DNA from: Mustelus asterias
Lineage: Eukaryota
DNA length: 64,000 nucleotides
Assembly: GCF_964213995.1 (NCBI RefSeq)
Contig: NC_135811.1
Coordinates: 29,884,001 to 29,948,000 of the forward strand
Direction: 5' to 3'
The notes under the pieces are model-generated. The model was not told where the DNA came from. It did no database searches and was given only the letters and a program-made list of their open reading frames with translations. Positions 24,490 through 36,492 of the stretch are shown one piece after another. Position 1 is the stretch's first letter, and every line of letters begins with the position of its first letter. The translations under genes were made by a program, and so were the position numbers.

Positions 24490-24786
24490 GTGAGTAAAAA
24501 TATTTCCACTGTCATGTTTTATTGTGAAGGATGACGGGATTATTGATCATTGCTATTGGATTCACTTCATTTAACATCAATACTCTTGGGAGATTTGAGA
24601 GTAATGTGATGTTGAGTGTCAGAAGTTTTAGGCCTCATACTTAAACTGAAATGTACCCTTCAGAAAACAGGCATTCTTCATTTTGTCAACAATGTTATAG
24701 AAAGCCGTTAGGTTGTGCAGTGAAATAAAACCCATCAGATCAGAGATCTTTCTCTGTTTGACTGACACTCCTTTGAATAGAAATCA

Positions 24787-26147
24787 GGGCTCTTCCCATC
24801 GAGACCCGCAACTTTTCTGGCGGGTCGCGATGGGAGATGCGCGTCGCCAGCCTTGTTCCGGGATTTGCGCATACGCCGGGAACGCACACGCATCTCCCAG
24901 AGCCGGTGAACAGTCGCCAGTCAGACCACGCTGGAAACCGGCGAGAGGGCAGATTTGATCTTTTTCTCTCTTTTAAAATAATTTTATAATGTATTTTAAA
25001 TATGTTTATTAGTTCATTATTGGGAACTTACTAGTCCCGATTGAATCTCCCACCCTGCCAGGAGTACTTTATTCCAGCACGGTTTCGACTAGCTCCTCAC
25101 ATTCGAGGAACTAATGGGAGAACACGCCGGAATGAAAGGGGTCAATCAAGGCCCCCCGAGGGGTCAGGCAGTAGGGGGTTGTGCCCCTGGGCATGTGCAC
25201 TGCCCAAGGGGCAAAGTGCGCATGCCCAGGGGGCACCTTGTCACTGCCCATCAGGCATCGGGCAGTGCCAAGGGGGCGGGGCCTATTGTGGGCAGGGCCT
25301 ATGGGCAATGGGTGGCGTTGGGGGTTCCCGCTGCCATTCTGCAGACAGGATTGGTCTAGGATGGAGGGAGGGCAGCGATTGGGGATGGCTGGGGGGAGGT
25401 GGTTGGTCTGCCGGTGGTGGGGGGGGGGGGGGCCTGACCCCAGGGGAGGGGGCGTTAGTGGGGGTGGGGGGGGGAGTCTGCTGGGGTGAGGGGGTGGGGG
25501 ATCGCCACTGCTGCTGTGGGGGGTGGGGGGGTGGGCTGTACATCGGGGCGCTCAGGGACGGGGAGTGGTCAGGGCTGGCCCTGGAATTGCTGTGAGAGCT
25601 GTGATCAGTCCGTGGGGGGTACTGGACGGGTAGCTCTGCGGGGAGCGATTGAGCTGGCCAGAAAATGGGGAGTCTGACAGATTGGAACCATTGCGCATGC
25701 GCAGAGTTCCAGAACTGTCAGACTCTGGTGTGAATAGGCCTGGTGTCCCTGGGTTTTTAATAATATTCATGACTGGGACCTCTGCAGTGATGTGGCGATG
25801 CCGGTGTTAGACTGGGGTACGCACAGGAAGAAATCTCACAACACCAGCTTAAAGTTCAACAGGTTTATTTGGTAGCACAAGCCACAAGCTTTCAGAAGCT
25901 GCTCCTTTATCTCACATCAATTTTGTAAATTGAGTTTGTGTCTTTATATGCCGTTTGTGAACAGAACTCCCACTCACCCGATGAAGGAGCAGCGCTCTGA
26001 AAGCTTGTGGCTTGTGCTACCAAATAAACTTGTGGTACCTCTGCAGTGCACAGAGTGGGGATGTTCAGATGAGAAGCTGAACTGACAAAACAGTCAGGAT
26101 CTAGAACAGTTCTCCCGCCAATTCAGTGCTTTTGGGAGAATCGCAGC
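24787..26147. mobile_element. GC-rich Harbinger-like MITE in the CUB intron (copy at about 53978-54962)
   Basis: Ends GGCT(CTGA)TTCTCCC / GGGAGAATCGC form imperfect inverted repeats; boundaries approximate. Confidence 0.55.
25790..26036. mobile_element. Penelope-type inverted terminal-repeat insertion with 12-bp TSD
   Basis: ACCTCTGCAGTG at 25778-25789 and 26037-26048; absent from the paralog near 54851; internal inverted repeat 25857-25907 / 25984-26033. Confidence 0.7.
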
Positions 26148-27066
26148 TCAACTTTCTCCTGTTAGAAAATTTACTCATGATCAGGAACCGGTGTAAGACA
26201 GTGTGATTAATTCATTCTTACGTGCTTTGTGCGAAGGATGTTCAATGGAGCTATCTCGAAGAAGTGAAGGGGAGTTATCCCTGGTGCCCCAGCCAATCCC
26301 GCAATCAACATTACATAAACAAATTATCTGGTCATTATCATATTGCTGTTTGTAGAAATTTGCTTTTGCAACATGACTGCCACTCTTCTTACATTGCAAT
26401 CGTGGCTAGACTTCCAAAGTATCTCATTGGCTGTAAAATGCTTTAAGACACCGGGTAGTTATGAATTCTGCTATATAAATTCAGATTTTATTTTTACATG
26501 TCTAGTGCGGAGATGGTGTTGTAGTAATAATGTCACCAGACTAGTAATCCAGAGGCCAAGGGTAATTCTCGGGCATCATATGCACAAATACCACCATAGC
26601 AACTAGTGTCATTTAAATTCAATACATCATTTTGGAACTTAAAACCAGTCTTAGTAATGATGTCCATGAAACTATCGCCAATTTTAATTAAACATTCATT
26701 AATTCTGGTTCACTAATGTGAAAGGGAAATCTGCCATCCTTTCCTGGTCTGGCTTACATGTAACTCCAAACCCACAGAAATGTTGGTTGACTGTTAACTG
26801 CCCCCTGAAGTGGCTTAACAAGTTACTCAGTTCAAGGGCAAATAGGAATGGGCAACAAATGCTGGCCTTGCCAGAAAAGCACACATCTAAAGGAAGAATA
26901 AAAACTAAAATCAATATTCTTTGTTTAGGTCCTGCAATGTCTTTTAGTGATGCTTAAACATGCAGACATATTTGTAATATCTGGTTTATTAAGTAAGTTG
27001 ATTCTTTTTAAAAGACAATGGATTGTTGCTGCATTAATTTTGAAACTATGATAATTGTTTCCACAG

Positions 27067-27275
27067 GCTGGAAATTACATCGAGTTGCTCATATGATTAT
27101 ATTGAAATATATGATGGGCCATCAACAAATTCGGCTTTGCTTTCTAAATTCTGTGATGGATTAAATCAGATATTTGTATCATCATCGAACAGTATGACAG
27201 TTTATTTTAGATCTGATGGCAGTATTACTAGACGTGGGTTTGCTGCAAACTACTATCTTCTGCCAAATGATGACG
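27067..27275 (+). CDS. CUB1 C-half exon (LEITSSCSYDYIEIYDGPS…FCDG…FRSDGSITRRGFAANY)
   Basis: CxYD..EIYDG, FxSDxS and GF CUB motifs; ccacag|...G|gtaaga, phase 2-1. Confidence 0.93.
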
Positions 27276-28039
27276 GTAAGATTCGTTACACTTCTTGTCT
27301 CAAAATTGCAATAGCGCTTTCAGCTCGAAGAAATGTAGAGAAATTGGAGCTTGGTGTATTTTACACATTTAAATTTTAGTTCAAAAGTCTTTATCCGTAT
27401 GTTTAATTAAAAATGGAGCCAAAATGTAGATTTCCAATTTACCACCCATGAACAATTCTGGTCTTGCAGTCAGACAACCATTATAGAATCTGACTGATAT
27501 GCATTTCCATTGATTTCAATCATAACAGGAATTTTATACAATGGTGGCAAATTGAAAATCTATCCCACCTTTTCAAAATAGTTGTATCATTGTTTGTCTT
27601 TTTATGTGAACTCTTCACATAAAACATGTCACAGTTAATCCAACCGACACTCCATTTGCTGTGAAAGGAAAGTCACTTGTACTTACATTACGTGGGACTA
27701 AAATTCAGAACTTTGGAAACGTTAATGAAAAATGAACACAGTTTACTAAAATATACTTGTTGCTAAAATTTGCAATTAAAAGAATTTCAGTTCATATACT
27801 TCAGTTTTTGTTAATACAAATTCAGTTGAAAATATAACATGAATAAATTCTGTATAGAAAAATTCACGGGCAATACAATGACTGGTGATAGAGTTTTGAA
27901 ATGGTACATTTCAAAAATCTATCATGAGCTGGTCATTCTTTCTTAAATGATGTTCAAAAAGATCAAATGAAATATGAGACTTCCATAGATATGAAAAATA
28001 TTCTTCTTACTTATTTATTTATGTTTGTTATTTTGACAG

Positions 28040-28063
28040 CAACATCTACACCTGCAACATCAG
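28040..28063 (+). CDS. 24-nt linker microexon (ATSTPATSG)
   Basis: ttgacag|...TCAG|gtatgg. Confidence 0.75.
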
Positions 28064-28206
28064 GTATGGAAAATTCCTTCAACCAAATCAATTGTTCTAC
28101 TTTTGAATGATAAAAGTTCATTACATTTCTTCGAAAATTTGTAATCAGTAACATTGTTAACAATCAACACAAGTTCCGATCTAACTTGACATTTATTGTA
28201 TAACAG

Positions 28207-28332
28207 GACACAGTGGCTCATGCAGATACAACTGTGGGGGCTATTCTTCAGATTGTTCCTGTGATTACAACTGTCGAAATTATGGTAGCTGTTGTTCTGA
28301 TTTCTGTGATCACTGCCCTCACGTTAATTACG
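28207..28332 (+). CDS. SMB exon 3 (…CSCDYNCRNYGSCCSDFCDHCPHVNY)
   Basis: 126 nt, canonical sites. Confidence 0.9.
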
Positions 28333-28744
28333 GTAAGAGAACTTTCAGATAATAAAAGAATGTTTAATGACAGGAATCTTGTTGAGGTATCAGGGCTGTT
28401 GTCTGCCAGTGAGAGTCCACTTTACTGGAAGGTCCACCAAATCACATGCCAATCAGGCAGTGGTAAGGCCCATGGCGAGACGTACCCGGGAATCCAAACG
28501 CTTGGGCAGTTGACTCACCTACTGAGAGCTGCCAGCCAATCAGAGGCTGTCCTGTGCTCGGCAGCACCATTGGGGAGACAATGGCAGCTGTCGGAAGGAC
28601 AGGTGTCTGATGGAGTGACCCTGGCCACATACGAGCAGTGTCGGGAGGTGTGGGTTTTTAGGCAGGTTGGTGGTTTGGGAAGAGGCATGCAGGAGGGGTC
28701 AGTGGAAATGACAGGGGGCTGTCTCTCAGTGCGCCCGCTACTTA

Positions 28745-28863
28745 TGGCTCATGCAGATACAAATGTGGGGGCTATTCTTCAGATTGTTCCTGTGATTACA
28801 ACTGTCAATATTATAACAGGTGTTGTTCTGATTTCTGTGATCACTGCCCTCACGTTAATTCCA
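28745..28863 (+). pseudogene. 5'-truncated SMB exon lacking its acceptor
   Basis: Begins at TGGCTCATGC directly after unrelated intron sequence; donor A|gtaaga is retained. Confidence 0.75.
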
Positions 28864-30137
28864 GTAAGAGAACTTTCAGATAATAAATTAATGTTTAAAT
28901 TTATCTTCTTATTTATTCTGATTAAAGTGACGAATGTAAACATAAGAATGGAACATTAATAAAGTTTATTGTTCACATTGTGAATCAGTGTAGCTGTGTC
29001 CAGCTGATGTGAGATTTGTTTCTGTAATGTATGTTGTGATCCGTACTTTATGGACAGAATGGGTTTGTGCTGTACTTTTTAAATGTTACAACTGCGTCAG
29101 ACGGAAACGCAGTGTTTGCAAAATGTGTCTCCCTGGATCCCATATTTTCAGCGAAATGTGGCAGGCCTGATTTTGGTAAGTATATTTGTTGCTCATTAAG
29201 AGTGTGTGCTGGGAGTATGGAGACAGATCGGGATGATGCTCGGTGTGTAACATTCATTTGACGCTCACCCTGGCACATCCAACCTCATCACTCCAACTCA
29301 TCTCCTCGCTTAACCTCACACAGCTGGATATGTATTCAAGAGCAGAAAAGACCACCCATCAACCCAAAAAAAAGAGAATCATCAACGACCTGCATGTTCA
29401 TGTCAGGTTCAGGGTTGAACTGGATTTTGCTGACTTTGGAGAAATGTTGTGAGTTTTCCACTGGTATTGTAAGTTATTGAAGTTTGCAGGGAGTAGTGTC
29501 ACACCTGGTGAAGGCTTTGGTTCTCACTTCAAGGTTTCAGTTCAGACCCCTTGCTGTCAGTCATGGGTGATTTATTTACCAGCAACCTTGGCCAGCAGAG
29601 ATTGAGGAGAGGCAGCACAGAGGAGGATAAGGTGCTCACAGAGAGGAGGAGGAGCAGATGGGCTCTCCAGACAATGCCTCATGTCCCAGACTCTTCAAGG
29701 GGCGATTCACTTACCCCAACTTTACTGAAGATCGTGGCAGGAATCTTGTTAAGGCGTCAGGGTGTTGTCTGCCAGCAGGAGAGTCAGTGAGAGACCATCT
29801 TGTCCACTTTACGGGAGAGTCCACCAAATCACACGCCAATCAGGCAGTGGTTTCAAAGGTTTTCACTCCCTGAATGTGCAATGAAATGTGGCCATTCTCA
29901 GCACGTTGTATTTTATTTCTGGATGGGCGTGGGGCTGTAAATATTGTGTGTTGTGTGTGACAGGCTGGCTGCAACAGGGTGACTTTTACTGTCCAGTTGT
30001 TTATAGATTTAAACAATACCGGATGTTAATTATTTCGCTTTTTGTCATGTGCTATATTAATATTTCTGAGTATGAATATTAGAAGATTCTTCAAAAACAC
30101 TTGACAATGCAACTAAGCTGAATGTGTTTCTGTACAG

Positions 30138-30164
30138 GATACTGCAGTGCTTATTCAACAACAG
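30138..30164 (+). CDS. 27-nt Cys microexon (GYCSAYSTT)
   Basis: gtacag|...CAG|gtgagt. Confidence 0.8.
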
Positions 30165-30455
30165 GTGAGTAACATTTCAATTCATTTTCAGTTACTTTAT
30201 CAGTTTGTATATTTGCTGTCCATAGATCTGTTAGAGCAATTAACCTCAATGGCTGTACTCAGCGAATCACATAATTGATTTGGTAAAGTTTTTCTCTGCT
30301 GACGTCTAAAGCCTGAATAATATCTCTGTGACCATGAGTTCATCCAAATCTCTGCTGTCCATTCTCCGTTCGGGAGTAACAATTGACCATCGGATATAGG
30401 GATTCAGTGAGACTGTTCTCTCCGTTATGTCTAGGGATGATGGGACATTGGCTCT

Positions 30456-30745
30456 TGGCGGCACAGTGGCACAGTTGTTAGCACTGCTGCCTCACAGCGC
30501 CAGGGACCCATGGTCGATTCCCGGCTTGGGTCACTGTCTGTGTGGAGTTTGCAAGTTCCCCCATGTCTGCGTGGATTTCCTCCGGGTGCTCCGGTTTCCT
30601 CCCACATTCTGAAAGACGTGCTGGTTAGGTGCATTGACCAGAGCAGGTGCTGGAGGCTGGCAACTAGGGGAATTTCATAGTAACTTCATTGCAGTGTTAA
30701 TGTAAGCCTTACTTGTGACTAATAAATAAACTGAAACTGAATTTA
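30456..30745 (+). mobile_element. HE1-like SINE (co-duplicated copies at about 34044-34330 and 36785-37070)
   Basis: GGCGGCACAGTGGCACAGTTGTTAGCACTGCTGCCTCACAGC head; AATAAATAAACTGAAACTGAA tail. Confidence 0.85.
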
Positions 30746-31317
30746 GTGAGAATGTTAACCCTCAGCCCATGTTTGCAGCATCTTTGAAGGAACAACCCTG
30801 GTGGACATCAGAAATGTCCCGTTTACTCTTCTTTCTTAAATCCTGCTCCTAAACATCATATGAAGTTTGAGGCTTGAACAAATATAAGAAATATTCTTGT
30901 TTTTATGCAATTCTTTTTATTATTTTGACATGGGCAGACTCAGCACAAGCAATAGATATGAAAAATATTCCCCAAGTAATTTACATTAAGTCCTGTCCAG
31001 AGGACATACATTGTTTTTTGTCTATAGGCAGGTAGCACAGAGCATCTTTTCTGCAGCACGATGTACCTGGCAGCTGTTCATAGATTCTCCTATTCGCCCC
31101 CAACATGTCAGAGAGGGGATTCCATTGTTGCTGCCCCCAATGGTGCTAAGGAACGAAAGGAATAGGAATTTACAACGAGTGGCACAAAGATATATCAGAG
31201 CTGGTCATTCTTTCTTAAATGTTGTTCAAAAGGATCAAATGAAGTTTAAGACTTCCATAGATATGAAAAATATTCTTCTTACTTAAGCATTTAATTTTAT
31301 TATTTTGACACTACCAG

Positions 31318-31335
31318 CTCCATCTGAAACATCAG
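31318..31335 (+). CDS. 18-nt linker microexon (APSETSG), shifted acceptor
   Basis: Ancestral gacag is now gacac; new AG in ctaccag; donor gtatgg; frame preserved. Confidence 0.6.
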
Positions 31336-31511
31336 GTATGGAAAATTCCTTCAATCAAATCTATTGTTCTATTTTTGAATGATAAAAGTTCATTACATTT
31401 CTTAGAAAATTTGTAATCAGTAACATTGTTCAATAAGATCAAATGAAGTTTGTGTCTTAGATATGGAAAGTATTCTTCTTATTGATGCATTTATTTTAAT
31501 TTTTTTAATAG

Positions 31512-31535
31512 CACCAACTGATTCTGTATCATCTG
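31512..31535 (+). CDS. 24-nt linker microexon (APTDSVSSG)
   Basis: tttttaatag|...CTG|gtatgg. Confidence 0.65.
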
Positions 31536-31678
31536 GTATGGAAAATTCCTTTTACCAAATCTATTGTTCTATTTTTGAATGATAAAAGTTCATTACATTT
31601 CTTAGAAAATTTGTAATCAGTAACATTGTTAACAATCATCACAAGTTCAGATCTAACTTGACATTTACTGTGTAACAG

Positions 31679-31804
31679 GACGCAATGGCTCATGCAGATA
31701 CAACTGTGGGGGCTATTCTTCAGATTGTTCCTGTGGTTACAACTGTCAATATTATGGCAACTGTTGTTCTGATTTCTGTGATTACTGCCCTCACATTAAT
31801 TACG
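31679..31804 (+). CDS. SMB exon 4 (GRNGSCRYNCGGYSSDCSCGYNCQYYGNCCSDFCDYCPHINY)
   Basis: 126 nt, canonical sites. Confidence 0.9.
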
Positions 31805-33071
31805 GTAAGAGAACTTTCAGATAATAAACTAATGTTTCAATTTATCTTCTTATTTATTCAGATTAAAGTGACAAATGTAAACATAAGAATGGAACATTAA
31901 TAAAGTTTATTGTTCACATTGTGAATCAGTGTAGCTGTGTCCAGCTGATGTGAGATTTGTTTCTGTAATGTGTGTTGTGATCTGTGACTTTATGGAAAGG
32001 ATAGATTTGTGCTGCACTTTTTAGCTGTTAAAACTGGGTCAGTTTTGCAGTGTTTGCAAAATGTGTCTCCCTGGATCTCATATTTTCACCGACATGTGGC
32101 AGGCCTGATTTTGGTAAGTGTATTTGTTGCTCATTAGGAGTGTGTGCTGGGAGTATGGAGACAGATCGGGATGATGCTTGGTGTGTAACATTGACTCGAC
32201 GCTCACCCTGGCACATCCAACCTCATCACTCCAGCTCATGTCCTCTCTAAACTCACACAGCTGGACATAAATTCAGGAGCAGGAAGGACCACCCATCAAC
32301 CTGATAAAAAAAATCAACTATCTGCATGTTCATGTCAGGTTCAGGGTTGAACTGGATTTTGCTGACTTTGTCGAAATGTTGTGAGTTTTCCACTGGTGTT
32401 GTAAGTTATTGAAGTTTGCAGGGAGTCGTATCACACCTGGTGAAGGCCTTGGTTTTCACTTCAAGGTTTCAGCTCAGACCCCTTGCTGTCAGTCATGGGT
32501 GATTTATTTTCCAACTCACCTTTGCTGGCAGAGGTTGAGGAGAGGCAGCACAGAGGAGGACAAGATGCTCACAGAGAGGAGGAGGGGCAGATGGGCTCTC
32601 CAGACAATGCCTCATGTCCCAGACTCTTCAAGGGGCAATTCACTTACCTCAACCTTATTGAAGACCATGGCAGGAATGTTGATGAGGCGTCAGGGCTGTT
32701 GTCTGCCAGCTGGAGAGTCAGTGAGAGACCCTCTTGTCCACTTCATGGGAGAGTCCACCAAATCACATGCCAAACAGGCAGTAGTTTCAAAGGGATTCAC
32801 TCCCTGAATGTGCAGTGGAATGTGACCATTCTCAGCACGTTGTATTTTATTTCTGGATGGGCGTGGGGCTGTAAATATTGTGTGTTGTGTGTGACAGGCT
32901 GGCTGCAACAGGGTGACTTTTACTGTCCAGTTGTTTGTAGATTTAAACAATACCGGATGTTAATTATTTCGCTTTTTGTCATGTGTTATATTAATATTTC
33001 TGAGTATGAATGGTAGAAGATTCTTCAAAAACATTTGACAATGCAACTGAACTGAATGTGTTTCTGTACAG

Positions 33072-33098
33072 GATACTGCAGTGCTTATTTAACATCAT
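33072..33098 (+). CDS. 27-nt Cys microexon (GYCSAYLTS, last nt T)
   Basis: gtacag|...CAT|gtgagt. Confidence 0.7.
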
Positions 33099-34905
33099 GT
33101 GAGTAACATTTCAATTCATTTTCAGTTACTTTATCAGTTTGTATATTTGCTGACCATAGATCTGTCAGAACAATTAATCTCAATGGCTGTACTCAGAGAA
33201 TCACATCGTTGATTTGGTAAAGTTTTTCTCTGCTGCCGTCTAAAGCCTGAATGATATCTCTGGAACCATGAGTTCATCCAAATCTCTGCTGTCCATTCTC
33301 CGTTCGGGAATAACAATTGACCATCGGATATAGGGATTCAGTGAGACTGTTCACTCCGTTATGTCTGAGGGTGACGGGACATTGACACTTACCGAGAACA
33401 GTAACCCTCAGCCCGTGTTTGCAGCATCTTTGACAGGAATTGCCCTGTTGGACATCAGAAATGTCCCGTTCGCTCTTCTTTCTCCAACGTTCTTTCTTCT
33501 CCTAAACATGTTATAAATTTTGAGGCTTGAACAATATAATAAATATTCTGGTTTTTATGCAATTCTTTTTATTATTTTGACATGGGCAGACTCATTGAAG
33601 TTTGCAGGGAGTGTCCAGAGGGGCAGCTTTTTCACACAGAGGGTGGTGAGTGTCTGGAACAAGCTGCCAGAGGTAGTAGTAGAGGCAGGAACAATTTTAT
33701 TTTTTAAAAAGCATTTAGATAGTTACATGGGTACATGGATATAGAGGGATATGGGCCAAATGTGGGCAATTAGGATTAGCATAGGGGTTTTAAAAAAAAA
33801 GGCGGCATGGACAAGTTGGGTCGAAGGGCCTGTTTCCATGCTGTAAACCTCTATGACATCATTGATTTGGTAAAGTTTTTCTCTGCTGCCGTCTAAAGCC
33901 TGAATAATATCTCTGTAACCATGAGTTCATCCAAGTCTCTGCTGTCCATTCTCCGTTCGGGAGTAACAATTGACCATCGGAAATAGGGATTCAGTAAAAC
34001 TGTTCTCTCCATTATGTCTAGGGATGATGGGACATTGGCACTAGGCGGCACAGTGGCACAGTTGTTAGCACTGCTGCCTCACAGCGCCAGGGACCCATGG
34101 GCGATTCCCGGCTTGGGTCACTGTCTGTGTGGAGTTTGCAAGTTCCCCCATGTCTGCGTGGATTTCTTCCGGGTGCTCCGGTTTCCTCCCACATTCTGAA
34201 AGACGTGCTGGTTAGGTGCATTGACCAGAGCAGGAGGTGGAGTCTGGCAACTAGGGGAATTTCATAGTAACTTCATTGCAGTGTTAATGTAAGCCTTACT
34301 TGTGACTAATAAATAAACTGAAACTGAACTTAGTGAGAATGTTAACCCTCAGCCCATGTTTGCAGCATCTTTGAAGGAACAACCCTGGTGGACATCAGAA
34401 ATGTCCCGTTTACTCTTCTTTCTTAAATCCTGCTCCTAAACATCATATGAAGTTTGAGGCTTGAACAAATATAAGAAATATTCTTGTTTTTATGCAATTC
34501 TTTTTATTATTTTGACATGGGCAGACTCAGCACAGGCAATAGATATGAAAAATATTCCCCAAGTAACTTACATTAAGTCCTGTCCAGAGGACAGACATTG
34601 TTTTTTGTCTATAGGCAGGTAGCACAGAGCATCTTTTCTGCAGCACGATGTACCTGGCATCTGTTCATAGATTCTCCTATTCGCCCCCAACATGTCAGAG
34701 AGGGGATTCCATTGTTGCTGCCCCCAATGGTGCTAAGGAGCGAAAGGAATAGGAATTTACAACGAGTGGCACAAAGATATATCAGAGCTGGTCATTCTTT
34801 CTTAAATGTTTTACAAAGGATCAAATGAAGTTTGAGACTTTCACAGATATGAAAAATACTTACTTCCTACTTATGCATTTATTTTTATTATTTTGACACT
34901 ACCAG

Positions 34906-34923
34906 CTCCATCTGCAACATCAG
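34906..34923 (+). CDS. 18-nt linker microexon (SPSATSG)
   Basis: gacactaccag|CTCCATCTGCAACATCAG|gtatgc. Confidence 0.65.
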
Positions 34924-35066
34924 GTATGCAAAATTCCTTCAATCAAATCTATTGTTCTATTTTTGAATGATAAAAGTTCATTACATTTCTTAGAAAATTT
35001 GTAATCAGTAACATTGTTAACAATCATCACAAGTTCAGATCTAACTTGACATTTACTGTATAACAG

Positions 35067-35192
35067 GACGCAATGGCTCATGCAGATACAACTGTGGGGG
35101 CTATTCTTCAGATTGTTCCTGTGGTTACAACTGTCAATATTATGGCAACTGTTGTTCTGATTTCTGTGATTACTGCCCTCACATTAATTACG
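35067..35192 (+). CDS. SMB exon 5 (identical to SMB exon 4)
   Basis: 126 nt, canonical sites. Confidence 0.9.
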
Positions 35193-36465
35193 GTAAGAGA
35201 ACTTTCAGTTAATAAACTAATGTTTCAATTTATCTTCTTATTTATTCAGATTAAAGTGACAAATGTAAACATAAGAATGGAACATTAATAAAGTTTATTG
35301 TTCACATTGTGAATCAGTGTAGCTGTGTCCAGCTGATGTGAGATTTGTTTCTGTAATGTGTGTTGTGATCTGTGACTTTATGGACAGGATAGATTTGTGC
35401 TGCACTTTTTAGCTGTTAAAACTGGGTCAGTTTTGCAGTGTTTGCAAAATGTGTCTCCCTGGATCTCATATTTTCACCGACATGTGGCAGGCCTGATTTT
35501 GGTAAGTGTATTTGTTGCTCATTAGGAGTGTGCGCTGGGAGTATGGAGACAGATCGGGATGATGCTTGGTGTGTAACATTGACTTGACGCACACCCTGGC
35601 ACATCCAACCTCATCACTCCAGCTCATGTCCTCTCTAAACCTCACACAGCTGGACATAAATTCAGGAGCAGGAAGGACCACCCATCAACCTGATAAAAAA
35701 AATCATCAACTATCTGCATGTTCATGTCAGGTTCAGGGTTGAACTGGATTTTGCTGACTTTGTCGAAATGTTGTGAGTTTTCCACTGGTGTTGTAAGTTA
35801 TTGAAGATTGCAGGGAGTCGTATCACACCTGGTGAAGGCCTTGGTTTTCACTTCAAGGTTTCAGCTCAGACCCCTTGCTGTCAGTCATGGGTGATTTATT
35901 TTCCAACTCACCTTTGCTGGCAGAGGTTGAGGAGAGGCAGCATAGAGGAGGACAAGATGCTCACAGAGAGGAGGAGGGGCAGATGGGCTCTCCAGACAAT
36001 GCCTCATGTCCCAGACTCTTCAAGGGGCAATTCACTTACCTCAACCTTATTGAAGACCATGGCAGGAATGTTGATGAGGCGTCAGGGCTGTTGTCTGCCA
36101 GCTGGAGAGTCAGTGAGAGACCCTCTTGTCCACTTCATGGGAGAGTCCACCAAATCACATGCCAAACAGGCGGTAGTTTCAAAGGGTTTTACTCCCTGAA
36201 TGTGCAGTGGAATGTGACCATTCTCAGCACGTTATATTTTATTTCTGGATGGGCGTGGGGCTGTATATATATTGTGTGTTGTGTGTGACAGGCTGGCTGC
36301 AACAGGGTGACTTTTACTGTCCAGTTGTTTGTAGATTTGACCGATACCTGATGTTAATTATTTTTCTTTTTGTCATGTGTTATATTAATATTTCTGAGTA
36401 TGAATGGTAGAAGATTCTTCAAAAACATTTGACAATGCAACTGAACTGAATGTGTTTCTGTACAG

Positions 36466-36492
36466 GATACTGCAGTGCTTATTTAACATCAT
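36466..36492 (+). CDS. 27-nt Cys microexon (GYCSAYLTS, last nt T)
   Basis: gtacag|...CAT|gtgagt. Confidence 0.7.

Larger units (their letters stand above)
17340..27903 (+). repeat. Intragenic segmental duplication, copy 1 (Cys microexon + 12-nt exon + CUB)
   Basis: Collinear with about 46110-56720; for example 19561-20040 is identical to 48951-49430. Confidence 0.92.

Noticed and set aside
25041-25770. Gly/Pro-rich ORFs on both strands (also 13008-13683 and 54184-54894)
   Set aside because: These arise from GC-rich MITE interiors and are not frame-conserved between paralogous copies.
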